The notes under the pieces: model-generated
Database searches by the model: none
What the model saw: only the letters and a program-made list of their open reading frames with translations
Told to the model about the DNA's origin: nothing
Assembly (NCBI GenBank): GCA_024704765.1
Contig: JAKMXF010000144.1
Span: 558,001-622,000, forward strand
Source: Oopsacas minuta
Lineage: Eukaryota; Animalia; Porifera
Length of the DNA: 64,000 nt
Reading direction: 5' to 3'
In this document: piece by piece, positions 11,566 to 22,528 of the stretch
Position numbering within the stretch: position 1 is the first letter of the stretch
Layout of the letters: each line of letters starts with the position of its first letter
Translations under genes and position numbers: made by a program

Positions 11566-12169
11566 TCTCTATATCTAAAACAAAGTGTGTTTGTGTGTCG
11601 CGCGTTTTCTCAAAGATGCCAGGGCCGATTCGAACCAAATTTTGTGTGTCGACTAAGTAGTACTCAACCTTTCTAATTAAGAATTATTTTTCGAATCGAA
11701 CCATTTTTGGACAAGATATGAGAATTTTTCACACCTCGCTCATATAAATCAATGCATTTTCGGAGGAATCTGATTGGTCAACGTTGGCCAATCAGTTTCA
11801 TTCCTTCGTATAATATGAAAAGGTCTGGGAATTTGGTTCAATCAGATTCTACCAATTACAATAGTTACTATTCACAGTTTATTGATCCCGTGGAGTAATG
11901 TGGAGAAAGTGATACCCAACTTTCTCCCAAAAAAGGAACATTTTTTACGAAACAAACAAGAATATTTTCCTATACAATTAGTACAAAATTGATGATCCGT
12001 TATTCAGAAAAGTTAACGGATCATCTATTTTGTGCTAATTGTATAGGAAAATACATGCGGACGCGTAGCGTTCACAAATTCCAAAAGGCAATCGTCAGGA
12101 CCGAAGGTCCTAAAAAGCATTCCGCAGGAACCAGCAGAAAAAGCCGCCAAAAGGGCGGCGTTGCGGCTA
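11566..12169 (+). mobile_element. Non-autonomous Helitron-like element, 604 bp
   Basis: Flanked by A (11565) and T (12170); starts TCTCTATATCTAAAA, ends CTAG; GC hairpin gccgcc-aaaag-ggcggc (12142-12158) 7 nt before the CTAG; no TSD, as expected for rolling-circle elements. Confidence 0.75.
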
Positions 12170-12318
12170 GTCTTCTTTATATTTATGCATCAATTGGGCT
12201 TAATTTTTGCTAGAAATCCTTTTCTCAAATTTGTGTTTGAGTCTAAACCGTTACCTGCATGCATGTACCACAGTATTACTTAACATGAGCTTTTAAATTA
12301 TATTATAGAGCTGATAAG

Positions 12319-15300
12319 ATGAACAGAGAGCAGTCAAAGAGTTATTTTGAGAATAAGATCACAGCTCAACCATTTGAACAGGCAAATACTCAGCCTACTG
12401 TTACAGTACCAGACATAACACAGCCTTCTTCTGCTACTGCAGATCTTACTATCTATCAAACTAATGAAAGGCCATTTGTAAGAATATTTGTGTTTATTCC
12501 TTGCCTGATATTGATAATATTTCTAATTGTTTATTTTATAGAAAATATTCGCTGGTATAACAACTATCCCTCTTATCGTCATATTTCTGGTAAGTTATAA
12601 TAACAAAATATTGGGAGCTGTTTCATTATTATTACTATTATTATTATTATTATTATTCAGTATATCTAATTATAGGCATCTTTTGCAATCGTTATCTATA
12701 AAGGAATAGAAACGCCAACTTATCTACCTCTGCTCATCAACCTAATCCGTAAGTTATAGTATATACTGTACCAGGTTATACCCTCTATAATTGTCCCATA
12801 CCTAACCTTCGTTACCCCCTCTCTTCGTGAGAGAGGTACTACTACTATTACTTGGCCAGTATTTGTTAATGTCTCATCAAAACACACTTAAGCCTATAGT
12901 AATTAACTCAAATTATAGTAGTAGTCACAACAGAGTTCAATCAAGCAAGTACATACTAATCCATAGTCTATAATTGTTGTTGTGGGAGATTGTATCCCTG
13001 TGGAGCAGCTGGTAGAACATAGGGCTGTCCTGGGTATACCATAGGGGTTCCCTGTGGGAGGACCGTGGGGTACGTACCTGGCACAACTTGGAAAGGAAGG
13101 GGTTGCTCAGGGACAGTAGGGGGAGGTGGGTAAGCTGCTTGCAGGCTCTGGGGTGCTGGAGGGTAGGTAGGGTAGTTGAAATCAGGTATGAGAGAGGGAG
13201 GTTGTTGTTCCTGTGTACCAGGGGGAGGATATTGAGGGGGGTACTGCGAGGGTTGTTGGTACACAGGGAGAGCTTGCTCTTGTACTATTACCTGTGTGTG
13301 TCTGTACGCATCACTTGATTCTTTGAGTAGTTTCTGGTAGAAAGCCATAGCCTCTCTAAACTGTACATTTAAATCCATTAATCTATCATATTTGGATTGA
13401 TAATGCTGTATTTTCTGGTTAATTAATGGACGCATTAATTCACAGTGTTGCTCTAGTTCCTTCAATGTTTTATCTTCTACAGAGGCTTCTGAATGTGCAT
13501 CAGCTTTCTTCAACATTTCTAGAGTTAAATCTAGTTTCTCTTCGTTTATATCTATTTTCTTTCCGCGATCTTCTTTTTCTTTTCTCTCCTTAGCGCGCTC
13601 TTTCTTAGCTTGAGACTGTCCGGCTACATGTTTAGACACGAAATTCTTGGGAAATAGGCCTACCTTGCCTCTCAGCTGACCTTTCCACCAGTTTTCGTCA
13701 CTGTTGTCCAAAATCTCAATAACCTAACAATAGCAATAATATTACATACCCAAGGGACCGCGATAATTACTTCTATATAAGCGGGTATTCCGGCATAATG
13801 GGAGTTGAGTGTAGTATACAACAATAAATAAATTAAAGTAATTCCATCTAGACTATTTATACTTACATCCCCTGATTTGAAATTGAGCTCGTTTTCCTCT
13901 CCAGCATCGAAATCGTACAAAGCTTCATACCTATCTACATTTCCTTTCTTCTGCACACTCCCTCCTGTACCAATACCTCCTCCTCCTCCTCCTCCTAAGG
14001 ATAATCCCTCCATTGCTGGGTACATACTACTAACACCAGCTGTAGCTCCCAGTCTCTGTTCCTCTTTGAGAGAAGCTGCTATAGCTTTCTTCATATCCTC
14101 ATCTTCCTTCTTCTTCGCTACCTCATCAGTAGTCTTTGGAGGTTTATTTTCACCCCCTGCTTCCTCTGCATCTGGGAATTTTATTCCATCCCTCTTCAGC
14201 ATGTGATAAGCTACACATAATAAGTTCATGTCAGGATCGTGTTCATTCTCAGTCGCCCAATTATGTAAAAGCCCTCTCAATCTATCTCTGACTCTGTCAT
14301 GTAGCTGACTCACTTGTCCTAGGAGACGACGTAGCTCATCAGTGAACTCCCTCTTAGCCAAGAGGATCTGGAACTTCTTCCCACAATTACTGTAGCAAGC
14401 ATCTAGCAGTGTAATCGCCTTCATTGCTACATTGGGATTAGGGTTCCTCAGACGTTTCATAATAACGTTGAGGTAATTCTGTGGTGTGTTACCATGCGAA
14501 GCAGTAATCTGGTGACATATAACTATTATAGCTGTCCAATCCTCTTCCTGAGTTTTGTCACTGGTTACTTTTGTCACTTCATCTTCTATTGACGGCATTC
14601 TAGAATATTCTAAAGCTTAGACAATGGTATTATAATTATTGTAATATAATGTAAGGCATTATATTCTTATTACTTATGTATGTAACTATGGATTCATTGA
14701 CGATACAAACATTGTGCAATAATTATGATTTCACCCTTTCTGTATACAAATCTACACTGATGATGATGGGCAGATATTATAATTTTTGCCTTTTATAGTG
14801 ATAATCCTGGTCACTGGACTTGTTGTAAGTATTCTTTTTATTCTCTAACGATCTCATGTTGTACCTTAAAGTCAATATTATCCCCAATATTTGTATTTAC
14901 ATATGATATTATATATGTATATTATTTAGTACTTTTGGTATTTCAGAGGCACAATGGTAAGTTATAATTATGCATAAATACAAATATTCATAGACATACT
15001 TGCCAACCTGAGTGGAGGAAAACGTGGGACGTAAGGTACTACTTTAGCGGAACGTGGCATATTTGTATTAGACTGGACTACAAAAATGTGGGACAATTAA
15101 GGTCTTTGGCAAGTTTTGGCGGGACATTATCCTCAACACATGTCCGAAAAAACGGGACAGTTGGCAAGTATGTATATAATTTGTATCCATAAACTTTATG
15201 ATATACACATTATCCTAGTCCTACACCATGATCTGGTATATCGTAATCTACGCTATACTAACAGTATCGCAGTGTATTTTCATTGACATATTTGCTCTCG

Positions 15301-15437
15301 TGACGATATCACCTAGCTCTAGTGGACCCGCTACCCCCCATACTATTCCTGCTATCCCTATTAATACATCCAATACTACAAAGCATTTACTCTTTACTAA
15401 TCCAACTACTACTATATCACAATTGGATCTGTCATAG
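12319..15437 (+). CDS. Orphan small multi-pass membrane protein (183 aa, ~3 TM helices), 6 exons; hosts STAM in intron 3
   Basis: Exons 12319-12477, 12542-12589, 12676-12748, 14799-14824, 14930-14956, 15219-15437; all GT-AG (donors gtaaga/gtaagt), phases 0,0,1,0,0 join into one 552-nt frame: ...TNERPF|KIFAGITTIPLIVIFL|ASFAIVIYKGIETPTYLPLLINLIL|IILVTGLV|YFWYFRGTM|SYTMIWYIVIYAILTVSQCIFIDIFALVTI... No homolog recognised. Confidence 0.7.
12625..12657. repeat. (ATT)n microsatellite in intron 2 of the orphan TM gene
   Basis: About 11 ATT units with one ACT interruption. Confidence 0.9.
12968..14598 (-). CDS. STAM: Signal-transducing adaptor molecule (ESCRT-0; VHS-UIM-SH3-GAT), 2 exons, 495 aa
   Basis: Exons 14598-13867 and 13723-12968 (phase 0, gtaagt...ttag). 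VHS (EEDWTAIIVIC...NPNVAMKAITLLDAC), UIM (KEDEDMKKAIAASLKE), SH3 split by the intron (ALYDFDAGEENELNFKSGD|VIEILDNSDENWWKG...GLFPKNFV), GAT region, P/Q/Y tail. Confidence 0.95.
13749..13813. mobile_element. MITE remnant in the STAM intron (same family as 57123 and 58300)
   Basis: Shares caagggac-gcgataattacttctatataa with the copies at 57123-57264 and 58300-58479; ends ggagttgagtg, a degenerate TIR. Confidence 0.6.
14995..15172. mobile_element. MITE with 13-bp perfect TIRs, 178 bp, in intron 5 of the orphan TM gene
   Basis: CATACTTGCCAAC ... GTTGGCAAGTATG; internal repeated gggac motifs; no clear TSD, superfamily not assigned. Confidence 0.7.
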
Positions 15438-16033
15438 CTAGTTAGTTTGGTGTTTGTATGTTTATATTATTGGTTATCTTTGCTACCTCTACTTGCTTGT
15501 TTTGGTTCATATTTTGAGGCTTATAATTATTATTGATTGAATTTTTGCATTATTGTACGATTAGAGTTATTAATTTTTTCGAAATTAAGTGTATTATTAT
15601 ATAATTGTTACTCATTTAAATTCTCTTTTTGACATATCTATAACTTTCTGATGTCTCTTGAGTCATTTTAACGTCTCTCGGCGCTGGCGCTAATTGCTTA
15701 TTCTATCAAGGACAGCAAATTACTTATTGCACTTAATCATTCTCTACTCGATGTATTCAGGGTTGTTTCCATGGTTGAACTGTTCTTCGTTTGAATATAC
15801 TTGTGTGATTACAAACTAGCTCAGAAATTAATAAAATTACTTATTTTGAAACAATTACACAAATTATTGCAAGAGTTGGACATTTTGGAACATCAAAAAT
15901 CTAAATTACATTTAACTATGATTTCTTCACAAACACGTATAATAATTGTCCTTTTCTTTTCCATATTAGTAGCTTTATAAAAGAAATAAGAGAATTCAGT
16001 TTAGTTGGGAATTGCATACACTCGTGTTAGGAA

Positions 16034-16261
16034 ATGTTAAATTCAGAAGTTGATAAGGGAATGAGAGACTCCTTACAAATATGGAGACAAAAATTATCTG
16101 AAATATATGAAGATAGACTTAGTTCACTTGAAAAAAGAATTATTGAAGACAGGAAACGTATTTCAGAATTAGAACAAGAAGTTCAATTGATTTATCTTAA
16201 AGTTATACTTCTTGTACAAATGTTAAGAGATATCGATACGACGAATACTATCCAAGGATAA
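16034..16261 (+). CDS. Possible short coiled-coil ORF or exon
   Basis: 75-aa ATG ORF with heptad character (IYEDRLSSLEKRIIEDRKRISELEQEVQ); no family recognised. Confidence 0.35.
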   Translation: MLNSEVDKGMRDSLQIWRQKLSEIYEDRLSSLEKRIIEDRKRISELEQEVQLIYLKVILLVQMLRDIDTTNTIQG

Positions 16262-16626
16262 TAGCTACATATAGTACGAATCTTAAGGCAAATCAAAGTT
16301 AATTCAGCTCCTTAATATCAAGCTCAAGATTGTATTTATTCATATTCATGCTTTGTTCATGGTTTTGGTGATTGTTGTTATTATTCGATTCACTTATCGG
16401 TTAGATGATTATTTCCATATTCGTGTTTGAAGTATTGTAACTCATTATTTAATAAAATGGTTTAGATCGATATTTAAGTAAGTAAACACAGACGAAATTG
16501 AGAATTCGCGAATTAAGATTTGGACTAGTCTAGTTCTCAAATCCGCGGATTCTCTATTCAATAGCAACATATGCTATTATAATTTTCCATTTGGAAATTA
16601 TACTATTTGATAGTTTGCAGTTAGGT

Positions 16627-18126
16627 ATGCACCAACCTACCAGTTCCCATGCTCCACATCTTAATCACAGATCGCCAGAGGGTATATTACTCGGCTCCCA
16701 AATAGCAGTAGAATCAATTCGTATTATGGGGGAGTCTATGATAATAAACAATCTCCCTGAAGATGCTGCTAGCTATCTCGCGGATGATATAACCTTTCGA
16801 TTGAAAGATATTATAAGACTTTCTCAGAAATTCATGCATCACTCCATTAGGAACAGGCTCACAACATCTGATATTGATTCTGCCATGAGAGCACGTAACA
16901 TAGAACCTGTGTATGGATTTAATTCAGATGACGTCATACCCTTACGTATGACCTCAGGAGTAGGACGGGAAGTTTTCTACAAGGAAGAACCAGAAATTGA
17001 TATTGGCAAGATATTAAACTCTACACTGCCAAAGGCTCCACATGAAATATCCCTGAGAGCTCATTGGCTAGCCATAGAGGGAGTTCAGCCTAGAATCCCA
17101 GAAAATCCAGTTTCTCATTGCAAAGAAGAGAAAGAAGTGAGTGAAGAATCTCCTAGTAGTAGATCACCTCGTGTAGAAAGTTCTTATGAGATTATTGAGT
17201 CTCCTGCTCTTATAGACTTACCAGCAGAACTACAGTTATATTACAAAGAAATTTCAGAGGCTTGTGTGGGTATAAATCGTGTTAGACGAGAGGAAGCACT
17301 CAACAGTCTCAGTAGTGATCCGGGGCTACTCCCACTTATGCCACGATTTTCTGTGTTCATAAATGAAGGTGTGAAATTAAAATTGAGTGAGAACAAAGTA
17401 CCAACACTCCTGTCACTTGCAAAAATGCTAAGAGCCCTGCTAGATAATCCAACCTTATCACTGGATAAATATTTACATGAGTTGCTACCGTCTGCATGTT
17501 CTTGTGCTCTGTTTAACTACCAGGCTACACATGACTCACCAGAGATATGGAATCTAAGAACAGAATCAGCTGTAATTGTAGGTCGTATGTGTAAGAAATA
17601 TAATGACTCTGTTAACAGTATACAGTCACGTCTCACACGTCTATTATTCCAGATTCTGTCAGATGAGGCTACGAGTCTTGGGAGTAGATTTGGAGCTGTT
17701 AATATTATATCAGAGTTAGGTCCTGAAGCTGTTAAGATATTATTGTTACCACATTTACAAATTGGAGGTGAGATAGTTAAGAAAGCATTAGATAGTGAAG
17801 ATACTGCTGCACTTATAGCAGCTAATAGATTACAGTCCCTGATTGTTAAAACATGTGCTCCTGTGCTGGTGAAGAGCCGTGAACCTCCTGATGTAGTGGA
17901 GAAGTTTGAGTTAGAATTTGGATATCTGGGAAAGCAGGTTTGGACAGAAGTACGAGGGCTACGTCCTCACTTACATGCTGTGAATGACGTAAATGTTATT
18001 GTAGCTGATTCACCAGTTAATAATGAGGAAGTAGTAGGGGAAGATGTATTATCTGATTACACAGGGTTTACTGATGAGATGGGGTACTCGTCTCTCAATC
18101 AGACTGTTAACAGCATGGACACGTAA
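16627..18126 (+). CDS. TAF6: TFIID subunit 6, intronless CDS
   Basis: Histone fold (ESIRIMGESM...LADDITFRLKDII...KFMHHSIRNRLTTSDID...NIEPVYGF), LRAHWLAIEGVQPRIPENP, HEAT-like C-terminal domain. First ATG 16627. Confidence 0.93.
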   Translation: MHQPTSSHAPHLNHRSPEGILLGSQIAVESIRIMGESMIINNLPEDAASYLADDITFRLKDIIRLSQKFMHHSIRNRLTTSDIDSAMRARNIEPVYGFNSDDVIPLRMTSGVGREVFYKEEPEIDIGKILNSTLPKAPHEISLRAHWLAIEGVQPRIPENPVSHCKEEKEVSEESPSSRSPRVESSYEIIESPALIDLPAELQLYYKEISEACVGINRVRREEALNSLSSDPGLLPLMPRFSVFINEGVKLKLSENKVPTLLSLAKMLRALLDNPTLSLDKYLHELLPSACSCALFNYQATHDSPEIWNLRTESAVIVGRMCKKYNDSVNSIQSRLTRLLFQILSDEATSLGSRFGAVNIISELGPEAVKILLLPHLQIGGEIVKKALDSEDTAALIAANRLQSLIVKTCAPVLVKSREPPDVVEKFELEFGYLGKQVWTEVRGLRPHLHAVNDVNVIVADSPVNNEEVVGEDVLSDYTGFTDEMGYSSLNQTVNSMDT

Positions 18127-18674
18127 TATAGATATTAATTACACAATAACATTCACGTGTTGTTGATTTTGTTAGTGATAAATTGGTTCTGGCAAAATTT
18201 GAGTTCGTTTATTTCAACAAGGGTTGTTTTCTAAGTTTTAAGGAGTTCACGTTCGTTTATTAGCAAGTCGTATTTTGCACGAATTTTCCTTGCTAATACG
18301 CGAATTTGCTATTAGAGGAATTATTTAAATACGAAATGGACTCTAAGTCCGCGATAACTTGTTAGAATATTGCTAATAGACGAACAACTGACGTCTAATT
18401 TGATACATTTCAATGGATATAATATCAATGGCTTTAGTATGTTTTATTTCTTCAAGAATTCAGCCGTTTTCATAGCTCCCCTTAGTATCTGTCCTCAGTA
18501 TTTCCGCATATACTCATTTCGTACACGGTTCTGCTCTCATCACTACGTATGCATGTACTATCTTGATCCTACTGATATTAGGCATAGCATCTTAGAAGCC
18601 GAGTGAGTATTTTTACTTGATATTGCATTATGAAACAGTATTATACTATTTCAACTTGTCTGTTGTCATATTGA

Positions 18675-21017
18675 ATGTCTCGAAATCAAAAGCAAAAGCT
18701 CGCGAATTTGAAAGCAACAAACGCTCGTAGACATCTGCGGAATTTGGAAATAGAAGCATATGCATCTGCAGTGAATGTATTTCGTGCACAAGGAGTGCTG
18801 ACAAAGGACAAATTAGATGTTTTAGATAATTTAGGTAAGCATCTTGATATTCCTATAGAAAGACATTATGCTGAATTGAGACGTGCTCTCAGTGACTACG
18901 AACTGAACAAAACAGCTGAAACTTTGACAGGTTTCGATCCTTCGTCCAGCTGGTACGAAGAAGCGCAAAAATTCGCAGACAATTATCAGCCGTTCATCCC
19001 AAAAGCCCGCTTCACAACCAATGCATTTCGTGCTATCAGCAACTACTGTACTAACCAGATGCTACGTGACTTACTGCCTTGCGAGGAGAATGGAAAGAAT
19101 ATAACTGAGCTGAATGCAGGAGATACGAATGAGAAATCAGATCATTGTTATCATAACAGAATACACCCTCTAGCTGCTAAGATATTAGCAGAATGGGGAG
19201 CAGATTTGGAGGAACCTGGTGCCCTCTCTCGTTCCTACCTTACCCCTGTTGGGCTAGAAGAACTAACAGAGGTGTTCCCAGATCAAAGCGAAATTGAAGA
19301 CTTGGAGAATCCACCTCTATCTCCATCAGAAGACGTTACTATAGAAAACTACATGCTTACTAGCGGTATGAGAAGAGGAACTGAACCGAAGAGCCTCTCA
19401 ACCAAACGGAGACGCTGTACCTCAGAACACAAATCTCAAACAGATGATACTCCCAGCTATGAACCTAGACGTAGTAGTGATAAGAACACTCCCACTAACC
19501 TGAGCAAGATTATGCAAGATTATCAATTGATAATGAGTCTAACTAAGAAGAAGAAAGTAGACCAGCCTGAAGCTTCTACTGACAGGAGACGTAAGGGAAA
19601 GAAGGCAGAGTCTGTAACACAGGAATCTCCCATACAGGTTACTGAAACCAAGAATAGAAGTGGACTTATAGTACCATGTATTTCTATTGAGAGAATGCCT
19701 CTATCTCAGCCTAAGACTCGTACTCCATCACCTGGAAAGAAAATTTCAACAAGCACCATACCAGCTGTAATAGCAAGTCCTAAGAAACCAAATATTAAAC
19801 GTATGAAGAAGAAACAACTCTCACAAACTACATGTGTACCTATACCCACAGAATCTAAATCTCCTTTGAAACGTAGAAGAGTTAGACTGAAGAGAATTTC
19901 TGTTGTTGTTTCACCAAATAAAGTTATTGACTCTCAAAAGGAGACGTTAGGAAACTCCCAAACTTCCTCACTAAATCCAACAATACAAACTCAATCAGTA
20001 ACAGAGTCTACCCAAGACATTATTGAACATACTAGCCATAGTCCTGAACCAATGGAAGAGGTAACTGAACTTCTAACTACAGACACTAAGGATATTGATA
20101 ATACTCAGGAACATGAAAGTGAACCTCCACAGACTGATCGCGATAATTTCGAGTCTTTTGTATCTGACATGCCAATCACGTCATACGGTAACAATGAAGA
20201 AGACAAATCAGCTAGTACACAGGAAGTTGTTTTAGAGGCGACAGCACGTAGTCCTGAATATATGCAAACACCTGAACAAACGGATACAACACTCATAACA
20301 GAGCAGATAGTATCAGAGCAAGTACTAGTTAGACGTAAGAAAGATAGTAATACTTCTCTAGATATTCCATCTCCTGACAAGATACGTAACGAGATGCAGA
20401 GCTTATACTCTCCTATTTCAAGTCTAGACACTCCTCCAGACCTAGAGAGAGCTGGTCACTTTGAGCTGGTACCAGAGACTGCCCCTTCTATCCACCCTAA
20501 TTTCTCTCCCATAACTTCCCCCGAGGAGTCTCAGTCTCCAGACAAACAGCTCCATTCGTTAGTTATACAACCAGCTGAGCGGTTATCCCTAGTCCTCCAG
20601 GACCCCTCAATAGATGTACTCCCTCATAAATGCTCTCTAGCACTCAGTGATATCGTAGAGGAGGTGTGTGACTCCATTTCTGACCCTCTCTCTCCCTCCC
20701 TCACATATACACGTGACGAATCGAAACCCTATACTTCACCAGACTCTGTATTCACAGATTCTTCTCTAATGTTATCAAAAGCTCTCAATTCCTTCATGAT
20801 GAGTCAAGGTATATCAGAAGATAATATAGAACATAGACCTGCTGCACAAGAACATATCTCTGATACAACTACAGAGTTATCTGATCTCATAAGTACACAG
20901 GTGCTACCAGCTGTTGAGGATCTAGACTTTGCTCAGATATCAGCTTCATTGCTTAGCATAGATCAGCTGACTACAGAGCCCACACATCAGCCTCCATCTG
21001 ACTCAACAAACAGCTGA
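18675..21017 (+). CDS. EMSY: EMSY-like ENT-domain protein, 780 aa, intronless
   Basis: N-terminal ENT domain (LRNLEIEAYASAVNVFRAQGVLTKDKLDVL...IPIERHYAELRRA); remainder is S/T/P/K-rich and disordered. Confidence 0.8.
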   Translation: MSRNQKQKLANLKATNARRHLRNLEIEAYASAVNVFRAQGVLTKDKLDVLDNLGKHLDIPIERHYAELRRALSDYELNKTAETLTGFDPSSSWYEEAQKFADNYQPFIPKARFTTNAFRAISNYCTNQMLRDLLPCEENGKNITELNAGDTNEKSDHCYHNRIHPLAAKILAEWGADLEEPGALSRSYLTPVGLEELTEVFPDQSEIEDLENPPLSPSEDVTIENYMLTSGMRRGTEPKSLSTKRRRCTSEHKSQTDDTPSYEPRRSSDKNTPTNLSKIMQDYQLIMSLTKKKKVDQPEASTDRRRKGKKAESVTQESPIQVTETKNRSGLIVPCISIERMPLSQPKTRTPSPGKKISTSTIPAVIASPKKPNIKRMKKKQLSQTTCVPIPTESKSPLKRRRVRLKRISVVVSPNKVIDSQKETLGNSQTSSLNPTIQTQSVTESTQDIIEHTSHSPEPMEEVTELLTTDTKDIDNTQEHESEPPQTDRDNFESFVSDMPITSYGNNEEDKSASTQEVVLEATARSPEYMQTPEQTDTTLITEQIVSEQVLVRRKKDSNTSLDIPSPDKIRNEMQSLYSPISSLDTPPDLERAGHFELVPETAPSIHPNFSPITSPEESQSPDKQLHSLVIQPAERLSLVLQDPSIDVLPHKCSLALSDIVEEVCDSISDPLSPSLTYTRDESKPYTSPDSVFTDSSLMLSKALNSFMMSQGISEDNIEHRPAAQEHISDTTTELSDLISTQVLPAVEDLDFAQISASLLSIDQLTTEPTHQPPSDSTNS

Positions 21018-21154
21018 TCTCTTAGACTGTAATAACAGTGTATTTGTAGGATACGATATATTCGATATGTGTTCGTATATATTCACTAATATTTTCTAGT
21101 TATTTTATTGTCTAAATAGAAGGCTTAATTCCTTCCATTGAAATAGGTAATGGT

Positions 21155-22225
21155 ATGTCACTCCCACACATAGATGACCTAATCGGAGAATTACCCTCTC
21201 TTCAACTAGAGAATACACTAACTCCCTCAGAAATAGGATGTCTACCTCTTAGACTACAATCCAATGCATTTCTCCTCACTGCATTAACTCAGTGTAGATA
21301 CCTTATACACACGTGGAAAGCACTCAAGGAGGTATGTCCCACGTACAAGAAGAGTTCCTCTAAATCATATACCAGTCTACACACACTATCCTCTATCTCC
21401 AGAACTAGTGATCGGACTGATAGTACATTTTGTATTGGTGTTATTGGTTGTGGTCGTATAGGTAGTCATCTTGTACGGAAACTATTACAAGATCCAAATA
21501 TCACACCGGATATGATTCGTCTTTCCACTCGACAACCTGATCACCTTCAAGAATTCGAATCCCAAGGTGTTACATGTCGTTTCGATAACATATGGCTTGC
21601 TAATAACTCTGACGTCATAATAATTTGCTGTTTGCCCAGTCAAATAGCCCCAGTCTTACTTGACTTATCGAAAAGTTCTATTTCGAATACAACTCTCCTC
21701 GTATCTATCCTAGCAGGAGTAGGAGTAAACAGGATAAGGCGAGCTCTGAATGATCGTACAAATGTAATGAGAGTGTATTTTGATTGGAGTCACCTTAGTT
21801 TAGAAGATAGAGGAGTAATGTCTATTGATAGTTATGGAGTATCGAATAGAATGAGTCGTCATAAGCTAGCTCTTGCTAACTGTCCGTTCAAAACTGATAC
21901 AGGCTGTTGGTTTGGAGAATTCGTGGTATCTTGTATAGCTTACTGTTTGAATCAGCTGATTGTTGCTAGTGAGATAGGAAATCTAGTGTGCAATCTTATT
22001 GCTGATGAATCTGTTGATGTAAATGATTTGTTACCTGATGTGAAATTCGACAAGAAATTTATTTCTAAGTTTTTGGAGAAAGAAGGAGAGATGACTAAAT
22101 TGGGGAGTGTGCTGGAGAAGAAAGAAATGAGAGATTTACTTGTTGAGAAATACTGGCAGAGAGTCAGAGAAGTAGAACCGAGTTTATTAGATATTGCTAA
22201 AACACAGACTCCAACAAAATTATAG
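21155..22225 (+). CDS. NOXRED1: NADP-dependent oxidoreductase domain-containing protein 1 (P5CR-like)
   Basis: Rossmann motif IGVIGCGRIG, IRLSTRQPDHL, SDVIIICCLPSQ, LVSILAGV. Confidence 0.85.
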   Translation: MSLPHIDDLIGELPSLQLENTLTPSEIGCLPLRLQSNAFLLTALTQCRYLIHTWKALKEVCPTYKKSSSKSYTSLHTLSSISRTSDRTDSTFCIGVIGCGRIGSHLVRKLLQDPNITPDMIRLSTRQPDHLQEFESQGVTCRFDNIWLANNSDVIIICCLPSQIAPVLLDLSKSSISNTTLLVSILAGVGVNRIRRALNDRTNVMRVYFDWSHLSLEDRGVMSIDSYGVSNRMSRHKLALANCPFKTDTGCWFGEFVVSCIAYCLNQLIVASEIGNLVCNLIADESVDVNDLLPDVKFDKKFISKFLEKEGEMTKLGSVLEKKEMRDLLVEKYWQRVREVEPSLLDIAKTQTPTKL

Positions 22226-22528
22226 AGGATATATATACGTATCGTATAACAATTACTTTCTACGATCAATCAACTCTCCTGTTTGACCTTTCATGTTCTT
22301 TCATGAGTTCTCAACTTTGATGATACGATCATATATCAAATACATTATCACATCTCTTTTGATTCCGGTGGAAAGTAATCATTATTTATATTAGCTACAT
22401 AAAATTAGCTCCTTATAAGTAGACTAAATTCATAGCAGTATTTGTTGTTAATTAGAATATAATAAGGACATGCACATAACTATCTCCAATTAGTGGGTGA
22501 TATCTAGCAATAATAAAGAAATAATACG

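Noticed and set aside
12319-12600. 93-aa single-exon ORF from the track
   Set aside because: It reads through intron 1 (gtaaga 12478...tag 12541). The hydrophobic, phase-consistent frame of exon 2 is a different frame.
13672-13866. C-terminal tail of the 308-aa minus ORF
   Set aside because: Read-through of the STAM intron; the SH3 domain is completed only by splicing 13867 to 13723.
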